A DNA stretch of 64,000 bases. It comes from an uncultured bacterium (GTDB taxonomy: Bacteria; SAR324; NAC60-12). Every line of letters begins with the position of its first letter. Within the stretch, counting starts at the first letter, position 1. The stretch is from NCBI GenBank assembly GCA_965662845.1, contig CBFIJD010000005.1, forward strand, positions 1 to 64,000. The letters run 5' to 3'. Below, in pieces: positions 20,386-28,360 of the stretch. The notes below the pieces were generated by a model that made no database searches, was not told the DNA's origin, and saw nothing but the letters and a program-made list of their open reading frames with translations. Position numbers and translations under genes: made by a program.

Positions 20386-21443
20386 TGGATCTCTCAGACT
20401 TTGACAAACTCAACATCAACTGGTTTCCGGGCCACATGCTCAAGGCGCGGAAGCAAGTCGCAGCTCAGATCCGCCGAGTGGACGTCGTCTTGGAGCTGCG
20501 CGACGCGCGGCTGCCTCGCACCTCGCTCAACCGCGATTTGAATACGATGCTCCAAAATAAGCCAAGCGTTGTGCTCTTTAACAAAGCGGGGCTCGCTGAC
20601 GATGAGAGTGTCCGAGCGTGGCAGCAGCACCTCAAGGAGCAGATGCGGGAGCCGTTTTTGTTCATTGACGTCAAGCAAAAGCGCAATTTGCAGCGCATCC
20701 TGCCCTTGGCGCGAGAGCTGGTGAAGGCGAAGTGGGAGGGATATCGCAAGCGAGGCATTCGCCCTCCGGCCCTGCGCTTGATGATTGTCGGCGTCCCGAA
20801 TGTGGGCAAATCCAGTTTGATCAATGCGATGGTGAAGCGAAGCGCCGCACGCACCGGCCCAACTCCGGGAGTCACGCGCCATCAAGAGTGGATTTTGTTG
20901 GGCAATAACGCCGAGCTGTTAGACACTCCGGGAATTCTTTTCCCGAAAATTGACACGACTGCTGCGGGCATGAACCTGACGCTGATTGGCGCAATTAAAG
21001 ATGATGTCGTCGGCGTGGAACATCTCAGTCGTTATTTGATGTTGCTGGGGCAAAAGCACTTCTCCCAAGCGCTCACCGCGCAATACAAACTTGAAGACGC
21101 AGAGAGTCTTTCTCCGGAGAGTTTGTTAGCCGCCATCGCGACACGGCGGGGCCTATTGCGAACAGGCGGGTTGATCGATTGGCGTCGTGTGGGAGAGCTC
21201 GTGTTGCGCGACTTTCGGGAGGGAAAATTTGGCGCCATCATGTTGGATAGCCCCCCGCTCAGTCTATCAAAGGCATCACGCCGTTCGGCTTCAACACCTG
21301 CCGCTGAAACCAATTTGTCGTCTGCTCTGCTTGAAGATGCAGTGTCCCCGTCAAATCAGGAGACTGCGCACAAACCAGACTCCCCTTCCAATACACCTGA
21401 GCTATCTGCCACTGCAGGCAATCAGGCCCCTCCGCCAAAATAA
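20385..21443 (+). CDS. rbgA: ribosome biogenesis GTPase A (RbgA/YlqF) with a disordered C-terminal tail
   Basis: Circularly permuted GTPase motifs ('NKAGLAD', 'VGVPNVGKSSLINA', 'TGPTPGVTRHQ'); TGATG overlap with the HDAC stop; ~60-aa S/P-rich tail overlaps a convergent ORF. Confidence 0.8.
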   Translation: MDLSDFDKLNINWFPGHMLKARKQVAAQIRRVDVVLELRDARLPRTSLNRDLNTMLQNKPSVVLFNKAGLADDESVRAWQQHLKEQMREPFLFIDVKQKRNLQRILPLARELVKAKWEGYRKRGIRPPALRLMIVGVPNVGKSSLINAMVKRSAARTGPTPGVTRHQEWILLGNNAELLDTPGILFPKIDTTAAGMNLTLIGAIKDDVVGVEHLSRYLMLLGQKHFSQALTAQYKLEDAESLSPESLLAAIATRRGLLRTGGLIDWRRVGELVLRDFREGKFGAIMLDSPPLSLSKASRRSASTPAAETNLSSALLEDAVSPSNQETAHKPDSPSNTPELSATAGNQAPPPK

Positions 21444-22194
21444 AGCCACTGAAACCCACGGAAGTGTCCCCCGTTTGAGACTGCAACGTCAGGCGACCCG
21501 TCGTCCGGAGATGTAACGAGACCGCCGCGGTAGGAAATGCGGAGGCCGTAGGCAAATGAAGCCGGAGGTCGCCGTTGACTCGCAGCGCTACTGGAGCCGC
21601 GAGAGAGATGTTGTCGGCTGCGGTTTGTAGCAAATTGGGGTTCCAAATCATGGTCTGCGAGCCGTCGAGTTCCACTGTGTATGTTGGTTCTTGAATAGCG
21701 TCGTCGAGCCAGATCCAGCGCTCTAAGCTCGCCTCGACCAGTTGCTGCTCGGCCAAGTTGGCCCAATGAAGACTGGGGAACCGCGCAGGGAGACCGGCCG
21801 TCAGATGAAAGGCTAGAGAAGTCAGCGGACGAGATTCATGGCGCAGCAAAACTTCAAAAGGCAGATTGGTCGAGCCGTCGGGTTGATAATGCAGGCGCAA
21901 TTGCAACCAGCCCTCGGAGTGAGGCTGCGTATGAACCGCCCAATTGGGAAAGTCAGCGGCCGGAGGCAAGGAAAGCTCGGCGCTGTGGAGAGTCGCCCAC
22001 GTTTGCCCACGTAGTTGTTGCAGAGAGACAACGGCGATGGCTTGCAGCTCGGAATAGAGAGTGAGGCGTTCGAGCAGAAGGTTGGTGTGGGACGAAGTCC
22101 GTAAACTTTGTACGAACCAGCGCGCAGCGAGCGCAGACAAGAAGACCGTCAGAAGCAACGTGAGCAACAGCACGAAGCCTGATCGACTGCGCAT
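21259..22194 (-). CDS. secreted hypothetical protein with a GspK/pseudopilin-like N-terminus
   Basis: 'MRSRSGFVLLLTLLLTVFLSALA' N-terminal hydrophobic segment; rest unrecognised; 3' end overlaps rbgA by ~185 nt, so the ends are uncertain. Confidence 0.45.
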   Translation of the reverse strand: MRSRSGFVLLLTLLLTVFLSALAARWFVQSLRTSSHTNLLLERLTLYSELQAIAVVSLQQLRGQTWATLHSAELSLPPAADFPNWAVHTQPHSEGWLQLRLHYQPDGSTNLPFEVLLRHESRPLTSLAFHLTAGLPARFPSLHWANLAEQQLVEASLERWIWLDDAIQEPTYTVELDGSQTMIWNPNLLQTAADNISLAAPVALRVNGDLRLHLPTASAFPTAAVSLHLRTTGRLTLQSQTGDTSVGFSGFILAEGPDCLQWQIAQVYWKGSLVCAQSPDLTGTLHLQAEQTTNWFQRQVLKPNGVMPLID

Positions 22195-22200
22195 AGAAGG

Positions 22201-22518
22201 TCAGCGGGTTTCAGCGAAGAGATCGATTTGTGTTCCATGCTCATCTTCATGGAACGGCAAAAGTAACTGCTCTAAGGAAGGGCGAGACAAGCGCTCAAAA
22301 CCACGGGCGAGGAACTGACGATGCAGCTGGTCAATTTGCGAGTGGAGGGTCTGTGTGCAGTCAAACCAATGTTCTTGTTGTTGGGGGGAGCCTCCCATGT
22401 GTCCCTTTTGAATGCGCAAGCGCCACTGTTCACAGCCCTCTCGAACCCACTGTCCCCAAGCGACGCGGCAGTAGCGCCGTTTGCCAGAGCTGGAGCGTTG
22501 TTCGTAGTAAAGAAACAT
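22201..22518 (-). CDS. hypothetical protein
   Basis: ORF 22201-22572; internal start chosen to reduce overlap with msrQ. Confidence 0.35.
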   Translation of the reverse strand: MFLYYEQRSSSGKRRYCRVAWGQWVREGCEQWRLRIQKGHMGGSPQQQEHWFDCTQTLHSQIDQLHRQFLARGFERLSRPSLEQLLLPFHEDEHGTQIDLFAETR

Positions 22519-22535
22519 ACGGCTGAGAGAAGAGG

Positions 22536-23135
22536 TTAGTGAGCAGCGCGCCATTTTTGAGAGCGCAGCCAAAGAAAAAGGCGGATAAGTTCAGCACATA
22601 ACAAGGGAACAAACAAAAATAATGCCTGAAGCGAGTCGGATTTCTCGTTGAGAAACAGGTGAACGGCCACAAATAGCGCGGCGACATAAGCGACGCGGTG
22701 CAGCTTCTTCCACCGCTTGCCTCCCAAACGCCGCATCGCCGCGTTGTTGCTTGTCAACGCCAACAGGAGCAGCAGCAGAAACGCAATGAACCCAGTGAGT
22801 AGATACGTCCTTTGGAGGTCTTTTAGCAGGATTTCCGCGTCAAGATTGTCAAGGATGTGCACGGTGAAGTGCAAAAAAGCGTAGAAAAAGACGGCGATGC
22901 CTAGACCGCGACGATATTTAGGGAGTCTTTTCAGCCACTGCAAACCACGAAGATCTCCAAACCACTGTCGCAAAGGCGTAATCCACAGCGTAAGCACCAA
23001 GCCATAAGCAGCCCAATCACCAGTTTGATGGTAAAGATACTCGACAGGATTCGCCGTCGCCGTGACCTGCGTCGCGATCCAAATCAGAGGTAAGGAATAG
23101 AGCAACCAAGGTAAAATTCGCTGCAAGAGGAGCAT
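22536..23135 (-). CDS. msrQ: MsrQ (YedZ), heme-binding membrane subunit of the MsrPQ methionine sulfoxide reductase system
   Basis: Alignable to E. coli MsrQ ('NPVEYLYHQTGDWA', 'RRLGGKRWKKLHRVAYVAALFVAVH'), 6 TM; no msrP adjacent. Confidence 0.8.
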   Translation of the reverse strand: MLLLQRILPWLLYSLPLIWIATQVTATANPVEYLYHQTGDWAAYGLVLTLWITPLRQWFGDLRGLQWLKRLPKYRRGLGIAVFFYAFLHFTVHILDNLDAEILLKDLQRTYLLTGFIAFLLLLLLALTSNNAAMRRLGGKRWKKLHRVAYVAALFVAVHLFLNEKSDSLQALFLFVPLLCAELIRLFLWLRSQKWRAAH

Positions 23136-23192
23136 AAAATTGTTTAGTTACGAATTTAAAGGCGTCTAACAAAAATGCCTTGCGAAATTTTT

Positions 23193-23209
23193 CGGAGAAT
23201 CTTGTCAAA
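23193..23209. promoter_or_regulatory. inverted-repeat operator-like site TGTCAA-N5-TTGACA, ~60 bp upstream of msrQ
   Basis: Perfect 6-bp arms separated by 5 nt in the msrQ/cbbL divergent intergenic region. Confidence 0.35.
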
Positions 23210-23285
23210 CTGCTTGACACGGGCTGTACCACTCGCTACTTTTCTGTGCACGTAACAACTATACAGTTGCACTAGGGAGGAGTGA

Positions 23286-23423
23286 ATGGCCCAAAACGCA
23301 ATCAAGCGCAGCGGGCCATACATGTTTAGGAGCGGCGACGAGCATTTCTCCGCACCACCCCGGATCAAAGCTTCCCTCCCGCACACGCCCCAGACTCATC
23401 CAATCCCCTCCGACGACGCCTAG
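23286..23423 (+). CDS. candidate 45-aa leader ORF with a strong RBS in the cbbL upstream region
   Basis: GGGAGG (23275-23280) 5 nt before ATG at 23286; encodes MAQNAIKRSGPYMFRSGDEHFSAPPRIKASLPHTPQTHPIPSDDA; immediately preceded by the AGTTGCACTAG repeat. Confidence 0.3.
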   Translation: MAQNAIKRSGPYMFRSGDEHFSAPPRIKASLPHTPQTHPIPSDDA

Positions 23424-23842
23424 ACTCTCCCCGAAAATCGTCTCTCCGGCGCCCCCTCCCTCTCCAAACCATGCTAGCGTCCTCTCCGAAAAGTTGCACT
23501 AGCTGTGCTGCGAGCAGAGCCAACATGAGGAGCACCTCGTCTCCCCAACGCGTGTCTTCAGAACAGGAGCCTTTCAAGTAAAAAGTGACGATACGTTTGT
23601 GAAGCTTCCTCACCGGTTCACGCAGAGAGTCGACGGATTTTTTCAATCTAAATTTGACAGCACACGAGCCCGCTGATTCTCGCAGATTTCACGGCACAAT
23701 AAAGATCAATGTGGCAAATTTAAGATGGATTTTTTTGTTCTGAATTTTCAGGAAAATGGTAGAAAATAAAGCTGAATTTGTCAGGTTTATTATTGGATTT
23801 TCTTCTTTGAAAATCATCAGTAAACTCCATTGACTAAAGTTC

Positions 23843-23871
23843 TTGACAACTAGGTCTGTAATCAGGATACT
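23843..23871 (+). promoter_or_regulatory. putative sigma70-type promoter for cbbL-cbbS-cso operon
   Basis: TTGACA (23843-48), 17-nt spacer, GATACT (23866-71), ~100 nt upstream of the cbbL ATG; a TTGACTAAAG motif lies just upstream (23830-39). Confidence 0.35.
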
Positions 23872-23974
23872 CCCGCATCATTCATGGAACAATAGGTGAT
23901 CAGATGTCGGCTGATTCGGCACTTCGCCGCGAATCCTAAACAACGGGCCAACAGGGCACAAACAGGAGTGGAAC

Positions 23975-25390
23975 ATGGCAAAACAAACTTACGATGCAGG
24001 CGTAAAAGAGTACCGCGACATGTACTGGACGCCGGACTACGTCCCACTAGACACGGATCTGCTCGCTTGTTTCAAGTGTACGGGGCAGGCCGGCGTGCCC
24101 CGAGAAGAAGTCGCTGCCGCTGTGGCCGCAGAGTCCTCCACAGGCACATGGAGCACAGTCTGGTCAGAGCTGCTGACAGATCTCGAATACTACAAAGGTC
24201 GGGCTTATCGTATTGAAGATGTTCCCGGAGATAACGAGTCGTTTTACGCATTCGTAGCATACCCCATTGATCTCTTCGAAGAGGGCTCGGTTGTGAACGT
24301 GCTCACCTCTTTAGTTGGGAACGTGTTTGGATTTAAAGCGCTGCGTCATTTGCGTTTAGAAGATATTCGTTTTCCCATCGCCTACATCAAAACTTGTGGG
24401 GGCCCACCGGCGGGTATTCAACTCGAGAGAGACCGCTTGAATAAGTATGGGCGCCCCATGCTCGGCGCGACGATTAAACCCAAGCTGGGGCTCTCGGCAA
24501 AGAATTATGGCCGTGCGGTTTATGAGTGTCTCCGCGGCGGCTTAGATATGACAAAGGACGATGAAAACGTGAACTCGCAGCCGTTTATGCGCTGGAGAGA
24601 TCGCTTTGAATTTGTGGGAGAAGCCATCCAAAAAGCGCAACAAGAAACGGGTGAGCGCAAAGGTCATTACCTGAACGTGACGGCGGCAACTCCTGAGGAG
24701 ATGTATAAGCGCGCGGAGTTCGCGAAAGAGGTGGGCTCGCCCATCATCATGCACGACTTCCTCACGGGGGGCTTCACGGCCAACACAGGTCTGGCGAACT
24801 GGTGTCGAGAGAACAGCATGCTCCTGCACATCCATCGCGCGATGCACGCTGTGATTGACCGCCATCCCAAGCATGGGATTCACTTCCGCGTGCTGGCCAA
24901 ATGTCTGCGCCTCTCCGGTGGCGACCACCTCCACACCGGCACCGTGGTTGGGAAGTTGGAAGGCGACCGTCAATCTACCCTTGGTTATGTAGATCAGCTG
25001 CGTGAATCATTTGTCCCAGAAGATCGCTCCCGCGGTGTCTTCTTTGACCAAGATTGGGGTTCGCTGCCAGGGGTGTTTGCGGTGGCCTCTGGTGGAATCC
25101 ACGTGTGGCACATGCCGGCTCTGGTCACCATTTTTGGGGACGATTCCATGTTGCAGTTTGGCGGCGGAACCCAAGGGCACCCTTGGGGGAACGCAGCTGG
25201 GGCAGCCGCGAATCGCGTCGCTCTGGAAGCTAGCGTGAAAGCACGCAACGAGGGGCGTGAAATTGAGAAAGAAGCTCGCGACATCTTGACAGAAGCTGCC
25301 CGCCATAGCCCCGAACTCGCCATCGCAATGGAGGTGTGGAAAGAAATTAAGTTTGAATTTGATACTGTGGACAAGCTGGACGTCTCTTAA
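23975..25390 (+). CDS. cbbL: RuBisCO large subunit, form IA
   Basis: Full-length 471-aa RbcL with catalytic motifs ('[24 protein letters not shown]' region, 'KPKLGLS'); AGGAG RBS upstream. Confidence 0.98.
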   Translation: MAKQTYDAGVKEYRDMYWTPDYVPLDTDLLACFKCTGQAGVPREEVAAAVAAESSTGTWSTVWSELLTDLEYYKGRAYRIEDVPGDNESFYAFVAYPIDLFEEGSVVNVLTSLVGNVFGFKALRHLRLEDIRFPIAYIKTCGGPPAGIQLERDRLNKYGRPMLGATIKPKLGLSAKNYGRAVYECLRGGLDMTKDDENVNSQPFMRWRDRFEFVGEAIQKAQQETGERKGHYLNVTAATPEEMYKRAEFAKEVGSPIIMHDFLTGGFTANTGLANWCRENSMLLHIHRAMHAVIDRHPKHGIHFRVLAKCLRLSGGDHLHTGTVVGKLEGDRQSTLGYVDQLRESFVPEDRSRGVFFDQDWGSLPGVFAVASGGIHVWHMPALVTIFGDDSMLQFGGGTQGHPWGNAAGAAANRVALEASVKARNEGREIEKEARDILTEAARHSPELAIAMEVWKEIKFEFDTVDKLDVS

Positions 25391-25438
25391 TTCGTAGCCG
25401 TTCAACATCACCAACCATCCTGTAAAGAGGACACTGCT

Positions 25439-25783
25439 ATGTCGATGAGTCACCAAATGGGCGATTTCCAAACCGCCCAAACGCTAGAGACCTTTGGTTT
25501 TCTGCCCAAATTCACGCAAGAAGAAATCTACGACCAGATCGCCTATCTCATCTCACAAGGCTGGACTCCAGCGATTGAACACGAGCACCCGGCGCGTTCC
25601 ACTAACCACTATTGGACGATGTGGAAGCTGCCGTTTTTCGGTGAGCAGAATCTCGACAATGTCATGAATGAGCTAGAAGCCTGCCGACGAGCATACCCTG
25701 ATCACCATGTGCGCTTGCTGGGCTACGATAACTATACCCAAAGCCAAGGGCTGGCTTTTGTCGTCTTTGAAGGCCGGGTGTAA
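25439..25783 (+). CDS. cbbS: RuBisCO small subunit, form IA
   Basis: 114-aa RbcS ('[11 protein letters not shown]', '[15 protein letters not shown]'). Confidence 0.95.
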   Translation: MSMSHQMGDFQTAQTLETFGFLPKFTQEEIYDQIAYLISQGWTPAIEHEHPARSTNHYWTMWKLPFFGEQNLDNVMNELEACRRAYPDHHVRLLGYDNYTQSQGLAFVVFEGRV

Positions 25784-25848
25784 GAGCAGGTCAGGATGTT
25801 GAAACAGGGCTTTTGTGTGAGGATTTTCAAAGATAATGGGGAGTTCTA

Positions 25849-28329
25849 ATGAGACAAAGCGATAGCGCAATGAGCGGTCGAACGTTGGCAAGGCAGAGAC
25901 GCAGAGCCTTGTCGGCTTCAGGCAAAACCTCAGCGATGACCCAAGCGAGTGGCGCTGCAGCCACGGCTTCCGTTCCAGCAGTCAAACGCTCGGCGGAGAG
26001 GAAGGCGCAGTCTGGTCGTGAGGCCTCATTAGCCCGCAGGAGAGCTTTGTCTAGCCACGGTAAAGTTGCGGAGACAAGCGGTGATCAGAGTCGCGCCGCG
26101 GCACGTCAACAAGCCGACGCAGCTGAACAGAACGCGGCCTCGGCTGACACATCCCCATCGTATGAAAGTTCAAGGGCCGCGCCTCGTGCCCGTCGTCCTC
26201 AGCACACACACACGAGCGCCGATTATGCGACGGCAGCGCGCCGCGCCTCTCGGGAGCGCCGCAGAGCTCTCTCTAGCAAAGGGAAGGTGGCAGACCGCAG
26301 CACAGACCGAACGAAAGCCAGCTCCGGAAAGTCTGCGCCCTCTGCTCCCATCGGCGGCTCGACCCACCCGCCCGAAACACCGGAATGTAGCTGCCAAAAA
26401 GACAACACACGGTCGGCGCCTCAACAGGCAGAGGTTGTGTCAACTTCGCGTGCCAACACCTCGACACGCCCACGGAGCAAAGCCCGACCCAAAAATGTGC
26501 ACACCGCGAGCTCAGGCCGGTCAGTCGCATTGGCTCGCCGAAGAGCCCAGTCCACTCGCGGAAAAGCCGGAATCAGCGCTTCAGGAATGTCAACGGCCCA
26601 GACCGCAAGAGCGCAAAACCCGCAGTTGACGAGCCGCGAATTAGCGAAAGCCATACGGGAACAAAACAGCCGCCGCGGCAAGGCCGGCCAAAAGAAATCC
26701 GAGCCAGCAGGACGCCAGCGCAGCGCAAAGCAACGGAACGCCGCCGCGAGTGACGCCAGCTGGAAAGTCGGCGCCAGCGAAACCGCGCGAGGTCAAACGT
26801 TAACGGGCACGATGATAGACCGGACGAACGCCACAACCGGTAATGACCAAAGCACCTGTCGCCACATCACGGGAACAGAGTACATGGGCGCAGAAATCTT
26901 TCGGGACTTTTGCCAGACCGAGCCTCCGATGACTCCAATGAGAGGGACCACGACTACAACAAGCCGTGGAAACAGCGTGTCAGGAAACCGAGTCGGAAGA
27001 AGCCAAAAGTTGACGGGCAACGAAGCTGGAACCTGCAAGAAGGTCACAGGGTCGGAGTACCTCTCTGCTGAAGAACACCAAGAATATTGCGGCACGAAAG
27101 GTTCGGCAACTCCCGCCAAGGTCACCTCCAGCCACACGGCGAAAGGCGAGAGGGTGACGGGCAACCCAGAAGCTCGCTCTCAACGAGCTACAGGAGCCGA
27201 AGTCGGCAGCAACCGCTTGCTCACAGGCACGCAATACATGTCTGCTAGCGAACCGGAGTCAAGAGCCCCCGCCAAGGTCGGCAGCAGCCAGACGCTGAGA
27301 GGCGGAAATGTGACCGGCTCCATGGTGGGGCGGTCTGCCAAAATGACGGGCGACGAACAAGGTGGGTGCCAGCGAGTTACTGGGGACGACTACCTCGGCC
27401 AAGAGCACTTCCAAGTCTTTTGCAAGACTCAGCTTGAGGCCAATGACCAGAAAGTTGGAGCGTCCCAAACCTTCAATGACCGGCAAGTGACCGGCACCAT
27501 GACGGGCCGTGGTGCTCAAGTGACCGGGGACGAACCAGGGACTTGTAAAACGGTTACAGGCACGCCCTACGCTGGGGTTGAGCAATACGATAACTTCTGC
27601 TCCCCGATGGAAAAGCAACTTCAGACGCAGCGCACCCAAGCCCCAAGAACACCTAGTGAGGCCGCGCCTTCAACAGCTGCTCAAATCGCCCCTGCTCGCA
27701 AGAGGATCGGCGCTGACCAAGACGCTTTGGAGGCCGTGAGCGGGACTTCATCTCCGCGCGACGAACAGCAGAAACTAGCGTGCGCCGCAGAGCCTGCCAC
27801 ACCAGAGAGCCCAGATTTTCCGCAAATGTTGAACTCACGTCCGCCATTGGAAGGAGCACCCACAGCCAACAGCAGTGACCGTGTCCCCACGGCAATGGTG
27901 ACGGGTTCCAGCTATGGACAGGGAAAGATCACGGGGCCTTTTGGCATGGCTACAGACAAAGTGACTGGGACTGATGAAGCGAGATTTGGCCACCAGAACA
28001 CCACTTCCCCTGCCAGCGCAGCTCCTACCGAAAGAGAAAGCTCGTCTGGCACAACCTCGGCTCCCAAAATCACAGGGGAGGGCATGGCTGCAGGCGGCAG
28101 AATCACAGGAGATGACTGGGAACGCGGAGAGCGCGTGACGGGTACGGAAGGCCGCTCCGTGCTCAGCCGAAATCCCACACGGCGTGGAGGGCCAATGTCG
28201 GCAATGGCGCCAACGCAGATGAGCAATCGTAACGCTGAAATTGAGCAACCCGTGAGCAAGGTGACGGGCAGCAGTGGCAACACCGCGAAAGGTGCCTTGG
28301 TCACTTACTCCGGCGGCGCTCGCGGCTAA
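25849..28329 (+). CDS. csoS2: carboxysome scaffold protein CsoS2
   Basis: 826-aa disordered protein: five N-repeats of the RuBisCO-binding motif (R..RRRALS..GK); M-repeats with VTG and paired Cys; C-terminal repeats ending '...KVTGSSGNTAKGALVTYSGGARG'. Confidence 0.95.
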   Translation: MRQSDSAMSGRTLARQRRRALSASGKTSAMTQASGAAATASVPAVKRSAERKAQSGREASLARRRALSSHGKVAETSGDQSRAAARQQADAAEQNAASADTSPSYESSRAAPRARRPQHTHTSADYATAARRASRERRRALSSKGKVADRSTDRTKASSGKSAPSAPIGGSTHPPETPECSCQKDNTRSAPQQAEVVSTSRANTSTRPRSKARPKNVHTASSGRSVALARRRAQSTRGKAGISASGMSTAQTARAQNPQLTSRELAKAIREQNSRRGKAGQKKSEPAGRQRSAKQRNAAASDASWKVGASETARGQTLTGTMIDRTNATTGNDQSTCRHITGTEYMGAEIFRDFCQTEPPMTPMRGTTTTTSRGNSVSGNRVGRSQKLTGNEAGTCKKVTGSEYLSAEEHQEYCGTKGSATPAKVTSSHTAKGERVTGNPEARSQRATGAEVGSNRLLTGTQYMSASEPESRAPAKVGSSQTLRGGNVTGSMVGRSAKMTGDEQGGCQRVTGDDYLGQEHFQVFCKTQLEANDQKVGASQTFNDRQVTGTMTGRGAQVTGDEPGTCKTVTGTPYAGVEQYDNFCSPMEKQLQTQRTQAPRTPSEAAPSTAAQIAPARKRIGADQDALEAVSGTSSPRDEQQKLACAAEPATPESPDFPQMLNSRPPLEGAPTANSSDRVPTAMVTGSSYGQGKITGPFGMATDKVTGTDEARFGHQNTTSPASAAPTERESSSGTTSAPKITGEGMAAGGRITGDDWERGERVTGTEGRSVLSRNPTRRGGPMSAMAPTQMSNRNAEIEQPVSKVTGSSGNTAKGALVTYSGGARG
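25873..26690 (+). repeat. CsoS2 N-repeat region (five R/K-rich RuBisCO-binding repeats)
   Basis: SGRTLARQRRRALSASGK / SGREASLARRRALSSHGK / ASRERRRALSSKGK / SGRSVALARRRAQSTRGK / SRELAKAIREQNSRRGK. Confidence 0.8.
26761..27650 (+). repeat. CsoS2 M-repeat region (VTG/Cys-pair repeats)
   Basis: Five ~40-aa repeats with ..TG..C(R/K).(V/I)TG..Y....(E/Q).(F/Y)C; the third repeat lacks the Cys pair. Confidence 0.75.
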
Positions 28330-28360
28330 TTTTTGAGTCTATGGCAAAAGAGATATCTCC

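Noticed and set aside
23515-23571. Second ATG-initiated mini-ORF (18 codons) after the second AGTTGCACTAG repeat.
   Set aside because: No Shine-Dalgarno sequence and only 18 codons. It is kept only as part of the repeat observation.
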